This document shows, piece after piece, positions 47,176 through 57,792 of a stretch of DNA of 64,000 nt. The stretch comes from Eubacteriales bacterium (lineage in GTDB: Bacteria > Bacillota > Clostridia > Oscillospirales > CAG-272), in the NCBI GenBank assembly GCA_045577175.1, contig JAZNHT010000017.1:18686-82685 (forward strand). The letters are read 5' to 3'. The translations under genes and the position numbers were made by a program. The first letter of the stretch is position 1, and the number at the start of each line of letters is the position of its first letter. The notes under the pieces were generated by a model. That model was not told the DNA's origin. It searched no databases and saw nothing but the letters and a program-made list of their open reading frames with translations.

Positions 47176-48243
47176 ATGGCAAAGAAACTGAACGTGGGAC
47201 TGATCGGTCTCGGCGGTATCATGAAGGGGGCGCACATGCCCGGCTACGCTCGCATGGATGACGTGGAGATCACGGCAATCTGCGACATCGTGCCGGAGAA
47301 AATCGAGGCGTTCAAGGCGCAGTTCAACATGCCCGATGTGGCATCCTTCACGGACTTTAATGAGCTGATCGCCAAGGCGGATGTGGACTTCGTTGACATC
47401 GCAACGCCGAACTATCTGCACTCCACTATTGCTGTGGCCGCACTGAACGGCGGCAAGCACGTCTTCTGCGAGAAGCCGGATGCGGTATCCGTGGCGGAGG
47501 CTGAAAAGATGCAGGCGGCTGCCGAGACATCCGGCAAGCATCTGATGTTCATGCGCAACAACCGTTACCGCAAGACGTCAAAGTATCTGAAGAAGTTCAT
47601 CGCGGAAGGCAAGATGGGCGAGATCTACTGCGGCCGCTGCGGCTGGCAGAGACGGCGCGGTATCCCCGGCAAGGGAGGCTGGTTTACGACGAAGGAGCAG
47701 TCCGGCGGCGGTCCGCTCATTGACCTCGGCGTACATATGATCGACCTCACCGTATGGCTGATGGGCAATCCGACGCCTGTGGCTGTATCCGGCTGTACCT
47801 ATATGAAGTTTGCCGATAACGACGCTTCCGATTCCGTCCACTCCGCATTCGGTGAGAAGAAGGCGGACGGTATCTTCGATGTGGAGGATCTCGCTATGGG
47901 CTTTATCAAATTCGATAACGGCGCCTGCCTGCAGATCGAGTTCTCCTGGGCATCCAATATTGAGAAAGAGAAGATGTTCGTAGAGCTTCGCGGCACAAAA
48001 GCCGGCTCTACCTTCACCGACAACGGACTCGACATCTATACGGAGACGGACGGCGTTCTGGAAAATCTGCATCCCTGCGTCACCGATCCCGATACGATCC
48101 ACGGCGACAATCTCCGCCACTTTGCCGACGTGCTTCTCGGCAAGTGCGAGCCCGACTTCGTCCCCGTACAGGGCGTCAATATGATTAAGATTCTCGAAGC
48201 TATGTATAAATCCGCCGAAACCGGCATGGAGGTAAGACTGTAA
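47176..48243 (+). CDS. Gfo/Idh/MocA-family oxidoreductase
   Basis: [18 protein letters not shown] Rossmann motif and EKP motif; GAGAGGAG RBS. Confidence 0.8.
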   Translation: MAKKLNVGLIGLGGIMKGAHMPGYARMDDVEITAICDIVPEKIEAFKAQFNMPDVASFTDFNELIAKADVDFVDIATPNYLHSTIAVAALNGGKHVFCEKPDAVSVAEAEKMQAAAETSGKHLMFMRNNRYRKTSKYLKKFIAEGKMGEIYCGRCGWQRRRGIPGKGGWFTTKEQSGGGPLIDLGVHMIDLTVWLMGNPTPVAVSGCTYMKFADNDASDSVHSAFGEKKADGIFDVEDLAMGFIKFDNGACLQIEFSWASNIEKEKMFVELRGTKAGSTFTDNGLDIYTETDGVLENLHPCVTDPDTIHGDNLRHFADVLLGKCEPDFVPVQGVNMIKILEAMYKSAETGMEVRL

Positions 48244-48959
48244 TGAAGGTACTTGTCTGGAACGAAAACGAACACGAGAAGCAGGAGCCGATTATTGAAA
48301 CGATTTACCCCGGCAGACTGCACGGCTATATCGCAAACTTCCTCAGAAGTGACGACGTGGAGGTATCCACCGCTACGCTTGACGATCCCGAATGCGGACT
48401 GACCGAGGAGGTTCTCGCCGAGACGGACGTCCTCATCTGGTGGGGACATATCGCACACAAGAACGTGCCCGACGAGGTTGTCGAGAGAGTGCACAAGCAC
48501 GTGCTCGGCGGCATGGGACTGATCGTTCTGCACTCCGGTCACTTCTCCAAGATTTTCAAAAAGCTGATGGGTACGACCTGCTCGCTCAAGTGGAGAGACC
48601 ACACGAGAGAGCGCGTCTGGACGATCATGCCGAACCATCCGATCGCAGAGGGCGTCGATGAGACGTTCGTGCTTGAGGATGAGGAGATGTACGGCGAGCC
48701 TTTTGACATCGCAAAGCCGGATGAGGTCATCTTCCTCTCGTGGTTCAACGGCGGCGAGGTCTTCCGCAGCGGCTGCACGTGGACGCGCGGTCACGGCAAG
48801 ATTTTCTACTTCCAGCCCGGTCACGAGACGAATACCGCTTTCCAAAACGCAAACGTGCAGAGAATCATCAAAAACGCGGTCAGGTGGGCATGTCCGATCA
48901 AGAAAAACATTGAGATCATCTGCCCGAAATTCATGCCGCTTGAGAACGTGGAGGGATAA
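48243..48959 (+). CDS. ThuA-like (trehalose-utilisation) domain protein
   Basis: [12 protein letters not shown]...DVLIWWGH... matches the ThuA/GATase1-like pattern. Confidence 0.65.
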   Translation: MKVLVWNENEHEKQEPIIETIYPGRLHGYIANFLRSDDVEVSTATLDDPECGLTEEVLAETDVLIWWGHIAHKNVPDEVVERVHKHVLGGMGLIVLHSGHFSKIFKKLMGTTCSLKWRDHTRERVWTIMPNHPIAEGVDETFVLEDEEMYGEPFDIAKPDEVIFLSWFNGGEVFRSGCTWTRGHGKIFYFQPGHETNTAFQNANVQRIIKNAVRWACPIKKNIEIICPKFMPLENVEG

Positions 48960-48961
48960 AT

Positions 48962-49927
48962 ATGGAACTGTCCGTCATGTCTCCCGTTCTGAATCAGATG
49001 AATACCGAGGACGCGATCAAGTATCTTGCAAGCCTCGGCGTGGACAGTCTTGAAATCGGTGCCGGCGGATACCCCGGCAAGGCGCACCTCGATCCGAAGG
49101 AGCTGCTCGCCGATCCCGCAAAGATCGACGCATTCAAGGCTCTGCTTCAGAAATACAACATGAAGCTCTCCGCCGTTGCGTGCCACGGCAATCCCGTGCA
49201 CCCGAATAAGGAAATCGCTGCGAGATTCCACGAGGAATTTGTGGATGCCATGAAGGTTGCCGCCGCCCTCGGTGTCGATACGGTTATCGGCTTTTCCGGA
49301 TGCCCCGGTGACTGCGAAAATTCCGAGAATCCGAACTGGGTAACGTGCGCATGGCCGCCGGAGTACGTCGATATTCTTGAGTGGCAGTGGAACGAGGTCA
49401 TCATCCCGTACTGGAAGGAGACCGCGAAGCTGGCAAAGGAGATCGGCGTGGGGAAAATCGCGTTTGAGATGCACCCCGGCTTCTGCGTGTACAATCCCGC
49501 AACGCTTCTGAAGCTCCGTGCCGCCGTCGGTGACATCATAGGCGCAAATGTTGATCCGAGTCACTTGTTCTGGCAGGGCATCGATCCGTGCGAGGCGATC
49601 AAAGTCCTCGGTGACGCGATCTACCATTTCCACGCAAAGGACACGAAGATTGACGAGGCGAACACGGCAAAGAACGGCGTGCTCGATACGCAGAATTACG
49701 GCGATATTCTCTCCCGCAGCTGGGTGTTCCGTACCGTCGGCTACGGTCATTCTCCCGAGGTCTGGAAGAACATCATCAGCACGCTGAAGTGCGTCGGCTA
49801 CGACGGCGCAATCAGCATCGAGCACGAGGACGGACTGATGTCCCCGAAGGAGGGACTGGAGAAAGCCATCGCGTTCCTCAAGGATACGATTATTTATGAA
49901 AAAGCAGGTGAAATGTGGTGGGCGTAA
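48962..49927 (+). CDS. sugar phosphate isomerase/epimerase (xylose-isomerase-like TIM barrel)
   Basis: AP-endonuclease-2/xylose-isomerase-like TIM-barrel pattern: IAFEMHPG, HAKD, SIEHED. Confidence 0.7.
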   Translation: MELSVMSPVLNQMNTEDAIKYLASLGVDSLEIGAGGYPGKAHLDPKELLADPAKIDAFKALLQKYNMKLSAVACHGNPVHPNKEIAARFHEEFVDAMKVAAALGVDTVIGFSGCPGDCENSENPNWVTCAWPPEYVDILEWQWNEVIIPYWKETAKLAKEIGVGKIAFEMHPGFCVYNPATLLKLRAAVGDIIGANVDPSHLFWQGIDPCEAIKVLGDAIYHFHAKDTKIDEANTAKNGVLDTQNYGDILSRSWVFRTVGYGHSPEVWKNIISTLKCVGYDGAISIEHEDGLMSPKEGLEKAIAFLKDTIIYEKAGEMWWA

Positions 49928-50991
49928 AGGTTCATAAGCTCGGCATTATCGGCTTCGGCGGTATCGCGCGCTGGCATATCGATACGATGAAGGACGCCGG
50001 ATACGGGCGCGTTGAGCTGAAGGGCGTGTACGATCTCGCGGAGTCCGCACAGCAGGCGGCGCGTGACCGCGGCTTTATCGCGTATGAGTCGCAAGAGGCA
50101 CTGCTCAACGATCCCGAAATCGACGTCGTCATGGTCGCAACGACCAACGAGGTGCATAAGTCGATCTGCATCGACGTCATGCGTGCCCGAAAGCACGTCA
50201 TCTCCGAAAAGCCGATCACGGTTACCTCCGCCGAATTGGAGGAGGCGATCGCTGTCGCAAAAGAGACGGGCATGGTCTATACCGTCGATCAGAACCGCCG
50301 CACCAACCGCGATTTTATCGTGATGAAGCGGAGCGTGGAGGCAGGTCTGATCGGAAAACCGCTTGTGATCGAGTCCCGCGTCGAAGGATCGCGCGGTATG
50401 CCGAAGGGCTGGCGCACGATCAAGCGTCTCGGCGGCGGCATGATGCTCGACTGGGGCGTGCACCTGATCGATCAGTTCCTCTACATGATCCCCGAAAAGG
50501 TCACCGAGGTCTACTGCAAGATGCTCAGCGTCCAGTATCCCGAGGTGGAGGACAATTTCCACCTCATGATGACGTTTGAATCCGGTCTGATCGGCGTGAT
50601 CGAGGTCGGTACGAATCATTTCATCACGCATCCGCGCTGGTACGTGATGGGTGAGCAGGGAACCTTGCAGGTCGATGACTGGAACTGCGGCGGACGCATC
50701 GTTCGCTGTACGAATCCCGAAAACGAGTGGGATGAGGAGATCATCTACACGATGGCGGGACCGACGAAAACGATGGCACCGCGCAACAAAAAATCCACCG
50801 AGACCATCGAGCTTTCCGCACCGACGGACGTGGTGGACGATATTACGGTTGTGTTCGATCAGTTCCTTGATGCCGTGGAAGGGAAGGCTCCCCTCACGAT
50901 CAAGCCGGAGCAGGCACTCCGCACCATGAAGGTCATGGAAGCCGCATTTGTCTCTGCGGAGGAAAAGCGTTCCGTGAACGTGAATATCTGA
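49915..50991 (+). CDS. Gfo/Idh/MocA-family oxidoreductase (second copy)
   Basis: LGIIGFGGIARWH, EKP. Confidence 0.8.
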   Translation: MVGVKVHKLGIIGFGGIARWHIDTMKDAGYGRVELKGVYDLAESAQQAARDRGFIAYESQEALLNDPEIDVVMVATTNEVHKSICIDVMRARKHVISEKPITVTSAELEEAIAVAKETGMVYTVDQNRRTNRDFIVMKRSVEAGLIGKPLVIESRVEGSRGMPKGWRTIKRLGGGMMLDWGVHLIDQFLYMIPEKVTEVYCKMLSVQYPEVEDNFHLMMTFESGLIGVIEVGTNHFITHPRWYVMGEQGTLQVDDWNCGGRIVRCTNPENEWDEEIIYTMAGPTKTMAPRNKKSTETIELSAPTDVVDDITVVFDQFLDAVEGKAPLTIKPEQALRTMKVMEAAFVSAEEKRSVNVNI

Positions 50992-51027
50992 ACCAAAAAA
51001 CCCACGGCTCGGCCGTCGGTTTTTTTG

Positions 51028-51501
51028 TCAGTCTCTCTGTGCCTCAATGCACGCGTCGATGACGAGCACGACCGCAAGCGCGGTGACCGCGTCCACGTGC
51101 TCGGCGATGGAGATTTCGTATGCGTCTCCCCACGTGAACCATTCCTTCGAAACGCTCGCTACCGTTCCCATACCGTTCGTGATTTCATACTCGTGATTGA
51201 AGAAATCCCCGTGCACCTGCCAGCCGAGTCCCTCCACTGTGTACTCCTGTCGGAAAAACGTAAATTCCTTCACAACCGTTGCAACCTCTGTGCCGCCGCG
51301 GGAGATGTGGTACTTCGGCAGAAACGTCAGTACCTCCTGCTCAATGAATGCAAGCTCATGCTCGGACAGATCGTACAGGTGCAGCTTTTTGCCCCAGGTA
51401 AAGACCTCGCCCTCGACGAAGAACTTTTCGTTTCCTGCCTCGTCGTATATGGAAAATTTATCTCCCCACGTGAAGATGTGCTGCTTGATGTACAGTTTCA
51501 T
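51028..51501 (-). CDS. LURP-one-related/YxjI-like (tubby-fold) protein
   Basis: 157 aa with repeated FTWGDKF...FTWGKK...FTWGDAY motifs. Confidence 0.5.
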   Translation of the reverse strand: MKLYIKQHIFTWGDKFSIYDEAGNEKFFVEGEVFTWGKKLHLYDLSEHELAFIEQEVLTFLPKYHISRGGTEVATVVKEFTFFRQEYTVEGLGWQVHGDFFNHEYEITNGMGTVASVSKEWFTWGDAYEISIAEHVDAVTALAVVLVIDACIEAQRD

Positions 51502-51673
51502 GGATTCTTCCTCTCTGCGAATGGATTTCTCGGTATTATCATATCATAAAATCCGTCCGAGTGCAACCTTGATCGGAAAATATATGCGCAGATGATTGCA
51601 TGTGTCTTTGCGATATGATATAATTAAGTAAGAACCGAGATGAAAAAATTTTTGAAAAATCTAAAGAAACCTA

Positions 51674-51702
51674 TTGACAATCACGTGACTGTGTGATATA
51701 AT
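51674..51702 (+). promoter_or_regulatory. consensus sigma-70 promoter with a spacer palindrome
   Basis: TTGACA-atcacgtgactgtgtga-TATAAT; the spacer contains ATCAC-N8-GTGAT / TCACGTGA. Confidence 0.6.
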
Positions 51703-51774
51703 TATTACACCGCGATAAGGTGGCGTGCGCGGCAGAGCGCGTACGGAAGATATTTTTGAGAAAGGAGAAACAGT

Positions 51775-52395
51775 ATGTTTGCAGAGTGGTGGAATTTACT
51801 GGATGCGGCATCGCAGGTGTTTTACTGTATAGCGATTCCGGCAACGCTTGTCCTCGTGATCCAGACGGTGATGCTGTTCATCGGTCTCGGAGAAGCTGGA
51901 GACGGTACGGACGGGATCGACGGCATCGATGAAATCGGCGAGCTCGGTGCGGACAGCAGTGCAGATGCGCACGATCTTTCCGATTTTGACGGGCTTCGCG
52001 TGATTACGGTTCGCGGAATCATTGCGTTTTTCGTCGTGTTCGGCTGGGTAGGTATTGCCATGCGTGCGTCCGACGTCGCCCTTGCGATCACGATTCCCGT
52101 CGCGCTTGTCTGCGGCGCGGCAGTCATGGTCGGGATTGCCTATCTTCTGCGCGCCGTCATGAAGCTGCGCGGCGACGGCAATATCGATAACAAAAACGCG
52201 GTCGGTATGCCGTGCAAGGTGCATCTGACCGTTCCGTCAGGGCGATCGGGGCAGGGCAAGGTGCATCTGATGCTCCAGGGCTCGTACGTGGAGCGAGATG
52301 CCGTAACCGATCAGTCCGAGCCGATCGTCACGGGCAGTGAAGCCGTTGTTGTCGGCGTGAGCGGACAGACAACGCTCGTTATTGAAAAGAAATAA
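51775..52395 (+). CDS. NfeD-family membrane protein
   Basis: N-terminal TM helices, a C-terminal OB-fold, and a position upstream of the flotillin gene. Confidence 0.6.
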   Translation: MFAEWWNLLDAASQVFYCIAIPATLVLVIQTVMLFIGLGEAGDGTDGIDGIDEIGELGADSSADAHDLSDFDGLRVITVRGIIAFFVVFGWVGIAMRASDVALAITIPVALVCGAAVMVGIAYLLRAVMKLRGDGNIDNKNAVGMPCKVHLTVPSGRSGQGKVHLMLQGSYVERDAVTDQSEPIVTGSEAVVVGVSGQTTLVIEKK

Positions 52396-52413
52396 TTTTC
52401 CGGAGGAAAACAA

Positions 52414-53835
52414 ATGAAGCAAGAGTACATCATTTTAATCAGCGCACTCGTTCTGGTCGTTCTTTCCTTTCTTGCATGGATCTGCTCCCGCTACAAGAAA
52501 TGTCCGTCCGATAAGATCATGGTCATCTACGGTTCGATCGGTAAAAACAAGGATGGCACCAACCGCAGTGCAAAGTGTATCCACGGCGGTGCGGAGTTCG
52601 TCATCCCCGTATTCCAGTCGTATGCGTACCTCGATCTGACGCCGATTTCCATTCAGGTCGATCTCAAGAATGCGCTCTCCCGACAGAACATCCGTATCGA
52701 CGTTCCGTCCCGTTTCACCGTCGGTATTTCCACCGAGCCCGGTGTCATGCAGAACGCGGCTGAGCGACTTCTCGGACTTCAGCTTTCCGAGATTCAGGAG
52801 CTTTCCAAGGATATTATCTTCGGTCAGCTTCGTCTGATTATCGCCACGATGGATATTGAGGAGATCAATACCGACCGCGATAAGTTCCTTGCCGCTGTCA
52901 GCAGCAACGTCGAGACGGAGCTGAAAAAGATCGGTCTGCGCCTCATCAACGTAAACGTCACCGATATAAGCGATGAGTCCGGCTACATCGCCGCGCTCGG
53001 TAAGGAAGCCGCCGCAAAGGCAATCAACGATGCGAAGAAGAGCGTCGCAGAGCAGGACCGTGACGGTTCTATCGGTGAGGCTGCGGCAAAAATGGATCAG
53101 CGTATCAAGGTTTCCGAGGCGGATTCCATCGCAATCCAGGGTGAGAACGAGGCGAAGATGAAGATCGCCATGTCCGAGGCTGCCCTGAAGGAAAAAGAAG
53201 CGGAAGCGCTGAAGATCGCTACCACGGCAGAGAAGATTCAGGCGGCGAGAGCCCTTGAGGAATCCTACGCGGCGGAGCAGGCGGCAGAGGAAGCAAGACG
53301 CGCCAAGGAGCAGGCTACGCTTGAGGCGGACATCATCGTTCGTGCAGAGGCGAGAAAGAAAGAGATCGAGCTTGCCGCCGAGGCGGAAGCCGAGCAGATG
53401 CGCCGCATTGCGAAGGGTGAAGCGGACGCGATCTATGCGAAGATGGAAGCCGAGGCACGCGGTGCGGAGGAAATCCTGAGAAAGCAGGCAGCCGGTTTCG
53501 CCGAGATCGTGAAATCCGCAGGCGGAGATGCCGATGCGGCTCTGAAGCTGCTCATCGCCGACAAGCTGGAGGAGCTGATGCGCGTACAGGTTGACGCGAT
53601 CAAGAACATCAAGATCGACAAGGTTACCGTCTGGGACGGCGGCCAGGGCGGCGACGGCAAAACGTCCACCGCGAACTTTATCTCCGGCATGATGAAATCC
53701 GTGCCGCCACTGGATGAGGTGTTCGCCATGGCAGGGATGAGTCTGCCCTCGCTTCTCGGACAGAAATTGCCTGCGGAAACGGCGGAAGCTGTACCTGCGG
53801 AAGCGGATGCACAGGCTGAGCCCGAAGCGGAATAA
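52414..53835 (+). CDS. flotillin/SPFH (band-7) family protein
   Basis: N-terminal TM, SPFH domain, then an A/E-rich coiled coil. Confidence 0.8.
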   Translation: MKQEYIILISALVLVVLSFLAWICSRYKKCPSDKIMVIYGSIGKNKDGTNRSAKCIHGGAEFVIPVFQSYAYLDLTPISIQVDLKNALSRQNIRIDVPSRFTVGISTEPGVMQNAAERLLGLQLSEIQELSKDIIFGQLRLIIATMDIEEINTDRDKFLAAVSSNVETELKKIGLRLINVNVTDISDESGYIAALGKEAAAKAINDAKKSVAEQDRDGSIGEAAAKMDQRIKVSEADSIAIQGENEAKMKIAMSEAALKEKEAEALKIATTAEKIQAARALEESYAAEQAAEEARRAKEQATLEADIIVRAEARKKEIELAAEAEAEQMRRIAKGEADAIYAKMEAEARGAEEILRKQAAGFAEIVKSAGGDADAALKLLIADKLEELMRVQVDAIKNIKIDKVTVWDGGQGGDGKTSTANFISGMMKSVPPLDEVFAMAGMSLPSLLGQKLPAETAEAVPAEADAQAEPEAE

Positions 53836-53848
53836 TCAATTCAAAAAT

Positions 53849-53885
53849 CGCCCGACGTGTACGCGTCGGGCGATTTCGTTTGCCG
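53849..53885 (+). terminator. intrinsic terminator after the flotillin gene
   Basis: CGCCCGACG-tgtacg-CGTCGGGCG followed by ATTTCGTTTG. Confidence 0.6.
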
Positions 53886-53950
53886 TATGGGTTGAAAAAT
53901 AACGGAGAATGTAGTATAATAAATCATATATTCCACTTGCGGAGGGACGG

Positions 53951-55492
53951 ATGAGACGGATTTTTTGCGTGCTTTGCGTGCTTTGTATGCTCGGCATTTC
54001 TGCGGTTTCGGCGGCAGAGGAAGGTACGGCACGGGATATTACCAAGGCGGTGACAGTTACGGCGAACGGATTTGCTGACGCGTATCTTTTGACGGACGGG
54101 GCGGCATCCTCGCCTGCCATCTGCGCCGCCGAGGGCAGGATTACGGTGGAAGCTGAGGAGAATATCGGTGCGCTGTATGTGAAATTCCATACCGCGCCCG
54201 AATCGTGGAGCGTCTCGGACGGCGGAGGAGAGATTGCGTGCGGCGGCAGCGGATTTTATCACGAATACGTGGACGTGTCAGCGCAGCTCGGCGCGGTCAC
54301 GAGTGTGACGCTCTCGTTTGCACACGGCGCGGAGATCAGCGAGATCATCGTTTTGTCCGAAGGGGATCGCCCTGCCGACGTGCAGGTGTGGCAGCCTCCG
54401 TGCAAAGAGGCGGAGCTTCTTTTGTTCTCCGCCCATTCGGATGACGATCAGCTCTATTTTGCCGGACTTATCCCCTACTACACCGCGCGCGGATACGACG
54501 TGCAGGTGGTGTATCTCACAAATCATCCGTACAATCCGGTGCGCCGTCACGAGGCACTGGACGGGCTGTGGGCGGCAGGATTGCGCTCGTACCCGATTTT
54601 TGGAGAATTTGCCGATTTCCGTCTGGACGATTACGATCAGACAGTAGCAGAATACGCACGCCTCGGCACCTCTTATGAAACGCTGGAAGCCTTTGCGGTG
54701 GAGGCGATCCGCCGCACAAAGCCGCTTGTTGTCGTCACGCATGATGTGGACGGCGAATACGGACACGGGATGCACCTCGTTTTGTCCGATGTCGTACAAA
54801 GTGCTGTCGGAAAATCGGGAGAAGCGTCGTATCCCGAATCGGCGGAGATGTACGGCACGTGGACGGTGCAGAAAACGTATATTCATCTGTACGGGGAGGG
54901 GAAGATCGTTCTGCCGATCGATGCACCGATTGCGTGTTTCGGCGGTCGGAGTGCCTTTCAGGTGTCGCAGGATGCCTTCCGCTATCACAAATCCCAGCAC
55001 TGGATGATGTTTTACGAATGGCTGTACGGTGAGTGGGGCGAGATCACAAAATCGTCGCAGATCAGAGACTACAATCCCGCATATTACGGGCTGTACGCAA
55101 GCGAGGTCGGCGCGGATGGACTCGGGTGCGATATGTTTGAAAATTTAGAGATGCACCTTGCCCGCCGCGGCATCGGTGAGATGAGCGATACTTTTTTGCA
55201 AATGGAAGAGGAGCTTTCTTCCGCCGCAGTGGAAAACAGTGCGCTCGCCGAGCAAATCGCTGCATTGGAATCGGAGATAGCCGAGGCGGAGCAGACCATC
55301 GCGGCACTGGAGGAGGAGCTTCTTGCCGAGCGCGCCGAAGGGGAACAAACGGACACAAACCGCACGGAGGAGATCGAAAAACTGCGTGCGGAGAGGGAGA
55401 GGATGCGTGTCACGGCAGCCGTGCTCGGCGGTGCGCTGATCCTTTCTGTAGTGGCGGTATTCTTCCTTGCCGTGCGTCAAAGAAAGAAATAA
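53951..55492 (+). CDS. secreted PIG-L/LmbE-family deacetylase with a C-terminal coiled coil and membrane anchor
   Basis: Signal peptide, LLLFSAHSDDDQLYFAG (PIG-L motif), coiled coil (AALESEIAEAEQTIAALEEEL), and a terminal TM helix. Confidence 0.65.
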   Translation: MRRIFCVLCVLCMLGISAVSAAEEGTARDITKAVTVTANGFADAYLLTDGAASSPAICAAEGRITVEAEENIGALYVKFHTAPESWSVSDGGGEIACGGSGFYHEYVDVSAQLGAVTSVTLSFAHGAEISEIIVLSEGDRPADVQVWQPPCKEAELLLFSAHSDDDQLYFAGLIPYYTARGYDVQVVYLTNHPYNPVRRHEALDGLWAAGLRSYPIFGEFADFRLDDYDQTVAEYARLGTSYETLEAFAVEAIRRTKPLVVVTHDVDGEYGHGMHLVLSDVVQSAVGKSGEASYPESAEMYGTWTVQKTYIHLYGEGKIVLPIDAPIACFGGRSAFQVSQDAFRYHKSQHWMMFYEWLYGEWGEITKSSQIRDYNPAYYGLYASEVGADGLGCDMFENLEMHLARRGIGEMSDTFLQMEEELSSAAVENSALAEQIAALESEIAEAEQTIAALEEELLAERAEGEQTDTNRTEEIEKLRAERERMRVTAAVLGGALILSVVAVFFLAVRQRKK

Positions 55493-55497
55493 AACAA

Positions 55498-55526
55498 CTC
55501 CCGACGGATAGCCGTCGGGAGTTTTG
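55498..55526. terminator. bidirectional intrinsic terminator
   Basis: CTCCCGACGG-atag-CCGTCGGGAG followed by TTTTG. Confidence 0.7.
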
Positions 55527-55527
55527 C

Positions 55528-56610
55528 TTACACTTCGTTTGTCATGTTCCAAGTCGGATACAGCTCGCGCCATACGTCGGTGTGGGCCTCACAGTCGAGA
55601 TAGTGCGCAAAGCGCTGGATTTTTCGCTCCTCGTCGCACGCCTCAAGAATCGGGACGTGGTAGATTTTTCGGGAGGGGCTTGTGCAGAACGCTTTCCAAC
55701 CGTCCTTCCACGTACCGTCCCTCAAAGATGCATTGCGCGCTTCAAACGCCGCCATGATTTCCTCCGCCTTCTCGCCTTTCGCAAGATCGCATCCCGTTTC
55801 CGTCTCCACGATCGGGATAAAGCGGGGCGTGATTCCGTCCTCGACCGTCAGCTCGATGAGCAGCGCGTAGTGCCAGCCTTCCTCGGCAAAATCGGGCCAG
55901 ACAAAGTTGAAATTGCCCTGTCCGTACACGATGTGCGCACCTTCAAATTCTTCATAACAGCCGATGCAGTGGCTGTGCTGGGCGATCACGACGTCCGCGC
56001 CGCAGTAGACCATCTCGTGCGCGAGATTGTACAGACGCGGAGAGGGGTATTTGCAGTGCTCCTTGCCGCCGTGGTAGATCGCGATCAGGTAGTCGCATTG
56101 CTTTTTCGCCTCGCGGATGTCCTGCATCGTAAGAAACGGATCAAACGGATTCGCACCCATGCGGTTCGGGAGCGCGTAGGTGTATTCGTGCTCGCATACG
56201 TTCACGATGCCGATCGTCTTGCCGCCCTCGGTGAAAAAGTGCGGCTTTCTTGAATCGGTGTCGTTTTCGCCGATGCCGGTGTAGGGAATCCCTGCCGCAT
56301 CGAGTGCCGCCGCTGTGTCACGGAGACCTTGAGAACCGAAATCGAACGTGTGATTGTTGCTGAGAAGCACATCGGTTACGCCGAACGCCTTCAGTCCGTT
56401 CGTGCACTTAGGATCGCACTTCAGATTCGGACCGAATTTCGCGATGGCAGTGTCGGCCGTCGTCAGCGCACACTCCAGATTTACGAGGATTCTGTCCGCC
56501 TGTGCCGCAATGCCGCAGAGATCGCCGAACAGTGCCTCAGCGTCGCCGTTTACAAAGTATTGCTCCGTTTGCGCGGTCGGTACCGTATCCGCGCCGATCA
56601 AAATTTTCAT
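55528..56610 (-). CDS. CapA/PGA-synthesis-type metallophosphatase family protein
   Basis: MKILIGADTVP..., NNHTFDFG, GGKEH match the CapA family. Confidence 0.7.
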   Translation of the reverse strand: MKILIGADTVPTAQTEQYFVNGDAEALFGDLCGIAAQADRILVNLECALTTADTAIAKFGPNLKCDPKCTNGLKAFGVTDVLLSNNHTFDFGSQGLRDTAAALDAAGIPYTGIGENDTDSRKPHFFTEGGKTIGIVNVCEHEYTYALPNRMGANPFDPFLTMQDIREAKKQCDYLIAIYHGGKEHCKYPSPRLYNLAHEMVYCGADVVIAQHSHCIGCYEEFEGAHIVYGQGNFNFVWPDFAEEGWHYALLIELTVEDGITPRFIPIVETETGCDLAKGEKAEEIMAAFEARNASLRDGTWKDGWKAFCTSPSRKIYHVPILEACDEERKIQRFAHYLDCEAHTDVWRELYPTWNMTNEV

Positions 56611-56711
56611 AAAAATCTCCCGATTTTGTTATTTGTGAGAAAAGTATAGCAGAATAGAACAATCAAGTCAATAGGAAACAGGAAAAAAACTGTATTTTTT
56701 CGAAATTGCTC

Positions 56712-57551
56712 TCAGCCCACTTGGATTTTGCACTCCGATTTCGGGTCATCGCGGATGATTTCACCGACCGACGGGACGCAGATCGTGCCGCTTGCGGGAT
56801 TTTTGATGCTGATGACGGGCGTCTTGATTTCGGCATATACATCCGATTTCTCAAACGCGAGATCCGCCCCGTGCATTTCGCATCCGATCAGCTTCAGATT
56901 CTTGCAGTAGCACAGCGGCTGTGTGCCGGTGATTACACAGTTTTCAAACGTCACGTTTTCCGAGTACCAGGCGAGATATTCTCCGTTGACGGTGCTGTTT
57001 CGTACCGTGACGTTTTTTGCGTGCCAGAAGGCGTCCTTGGTGTCAAAACGGCAATTGTCGAAAACGCAGTCCTCGATATATTGGAACGAATATTTTCCGA
57101 TGAGGGAAGTGTCCGTACAGCGGATGTTCCGACTCCGCATCATGAAATATTCTCCCGATGCCTGTACACGATCCATGGCGATGCCCTCGCAGAACCAGCC
57201 GAACTCGGCAGAGTCCACGGTGCAGTCCGTAAGTCGGATGTCTTTGCATTCGCGCAGTGCCTTGATGCCGCACAGTCGGCTGTCTGTGACCGTGATTTTG
57301 TCCGAATACCACAGCGCGGCGCGGCAAAGCGGTGTCATCTCGCAGTGCTCGATTGCGACGCAGCTGTCATGCCAGAACGGGTAGCGAAGGTTGAAAAAGC
57401 AGCTCTCCGCCCGTATGTTTCGGGATTCCTTAAACGCGCTTTCGCCGTCCGTGGGACCGTCAAAACGGCAGCGAACGGCTTCCGCGCCGTCGCTTCCGTA
57501 CAGGGCGCGCTCTTCGTCAAAGGTTTCGTTTTCAATTCGTTTTATGTACAC
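56712..57551 (-). CDS. parallel beta-helix repeat protein (DUF3737-like)
   Basis: Repeated ...C.F.N... rungs typical of right-handed beta-helix proteins; family assignment tentative. Confidence 0.45.
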   Translation of the reverse strand: MYIKRIENETFDEERALYGSDGAEAVRCRFDGPTDGESAFKESRNIRAESCFFNLRYPFWHDSCVAIEHCEMTPLCRAALWYSDKITVTDSRLCGIKALRECKDIRLTDCTVDSAEFGWFCEGIAMDRVQASGEYFMMRSRNIRCTDTSLIGKYSFQYIEDCVFDNCRFDTKDAFWHAKNVTVRNSTVNGEYLAWYSENVTFENCVITGTQPLCYCKNLKLIGCEMHGADLAFEKSDVYAEIKTPVISIKNPASGTICVPSVGEIIRDDPKSECKIQVG

Positions 57552-57792
57552 GGTACTGTCTCCTTGTGTCCGCAGTTCGGATCAGCTATACAGTATACCA
57601 TATTTTTGTCGGATTTGCAACTTTTTTGTTATTTCCGCCTGTGCCGGTACGAGTTTCATACATTAATAATAAAAAATATTTGGCGGTTTTCTGAAAAAAC
57701 TATTGCTATTTACAAGAAAATATTGTATAATTTATAATTGGAGTAGCGTAACATCCATATATATTCAAAAAACTATGATGAGGGAAAATGCT

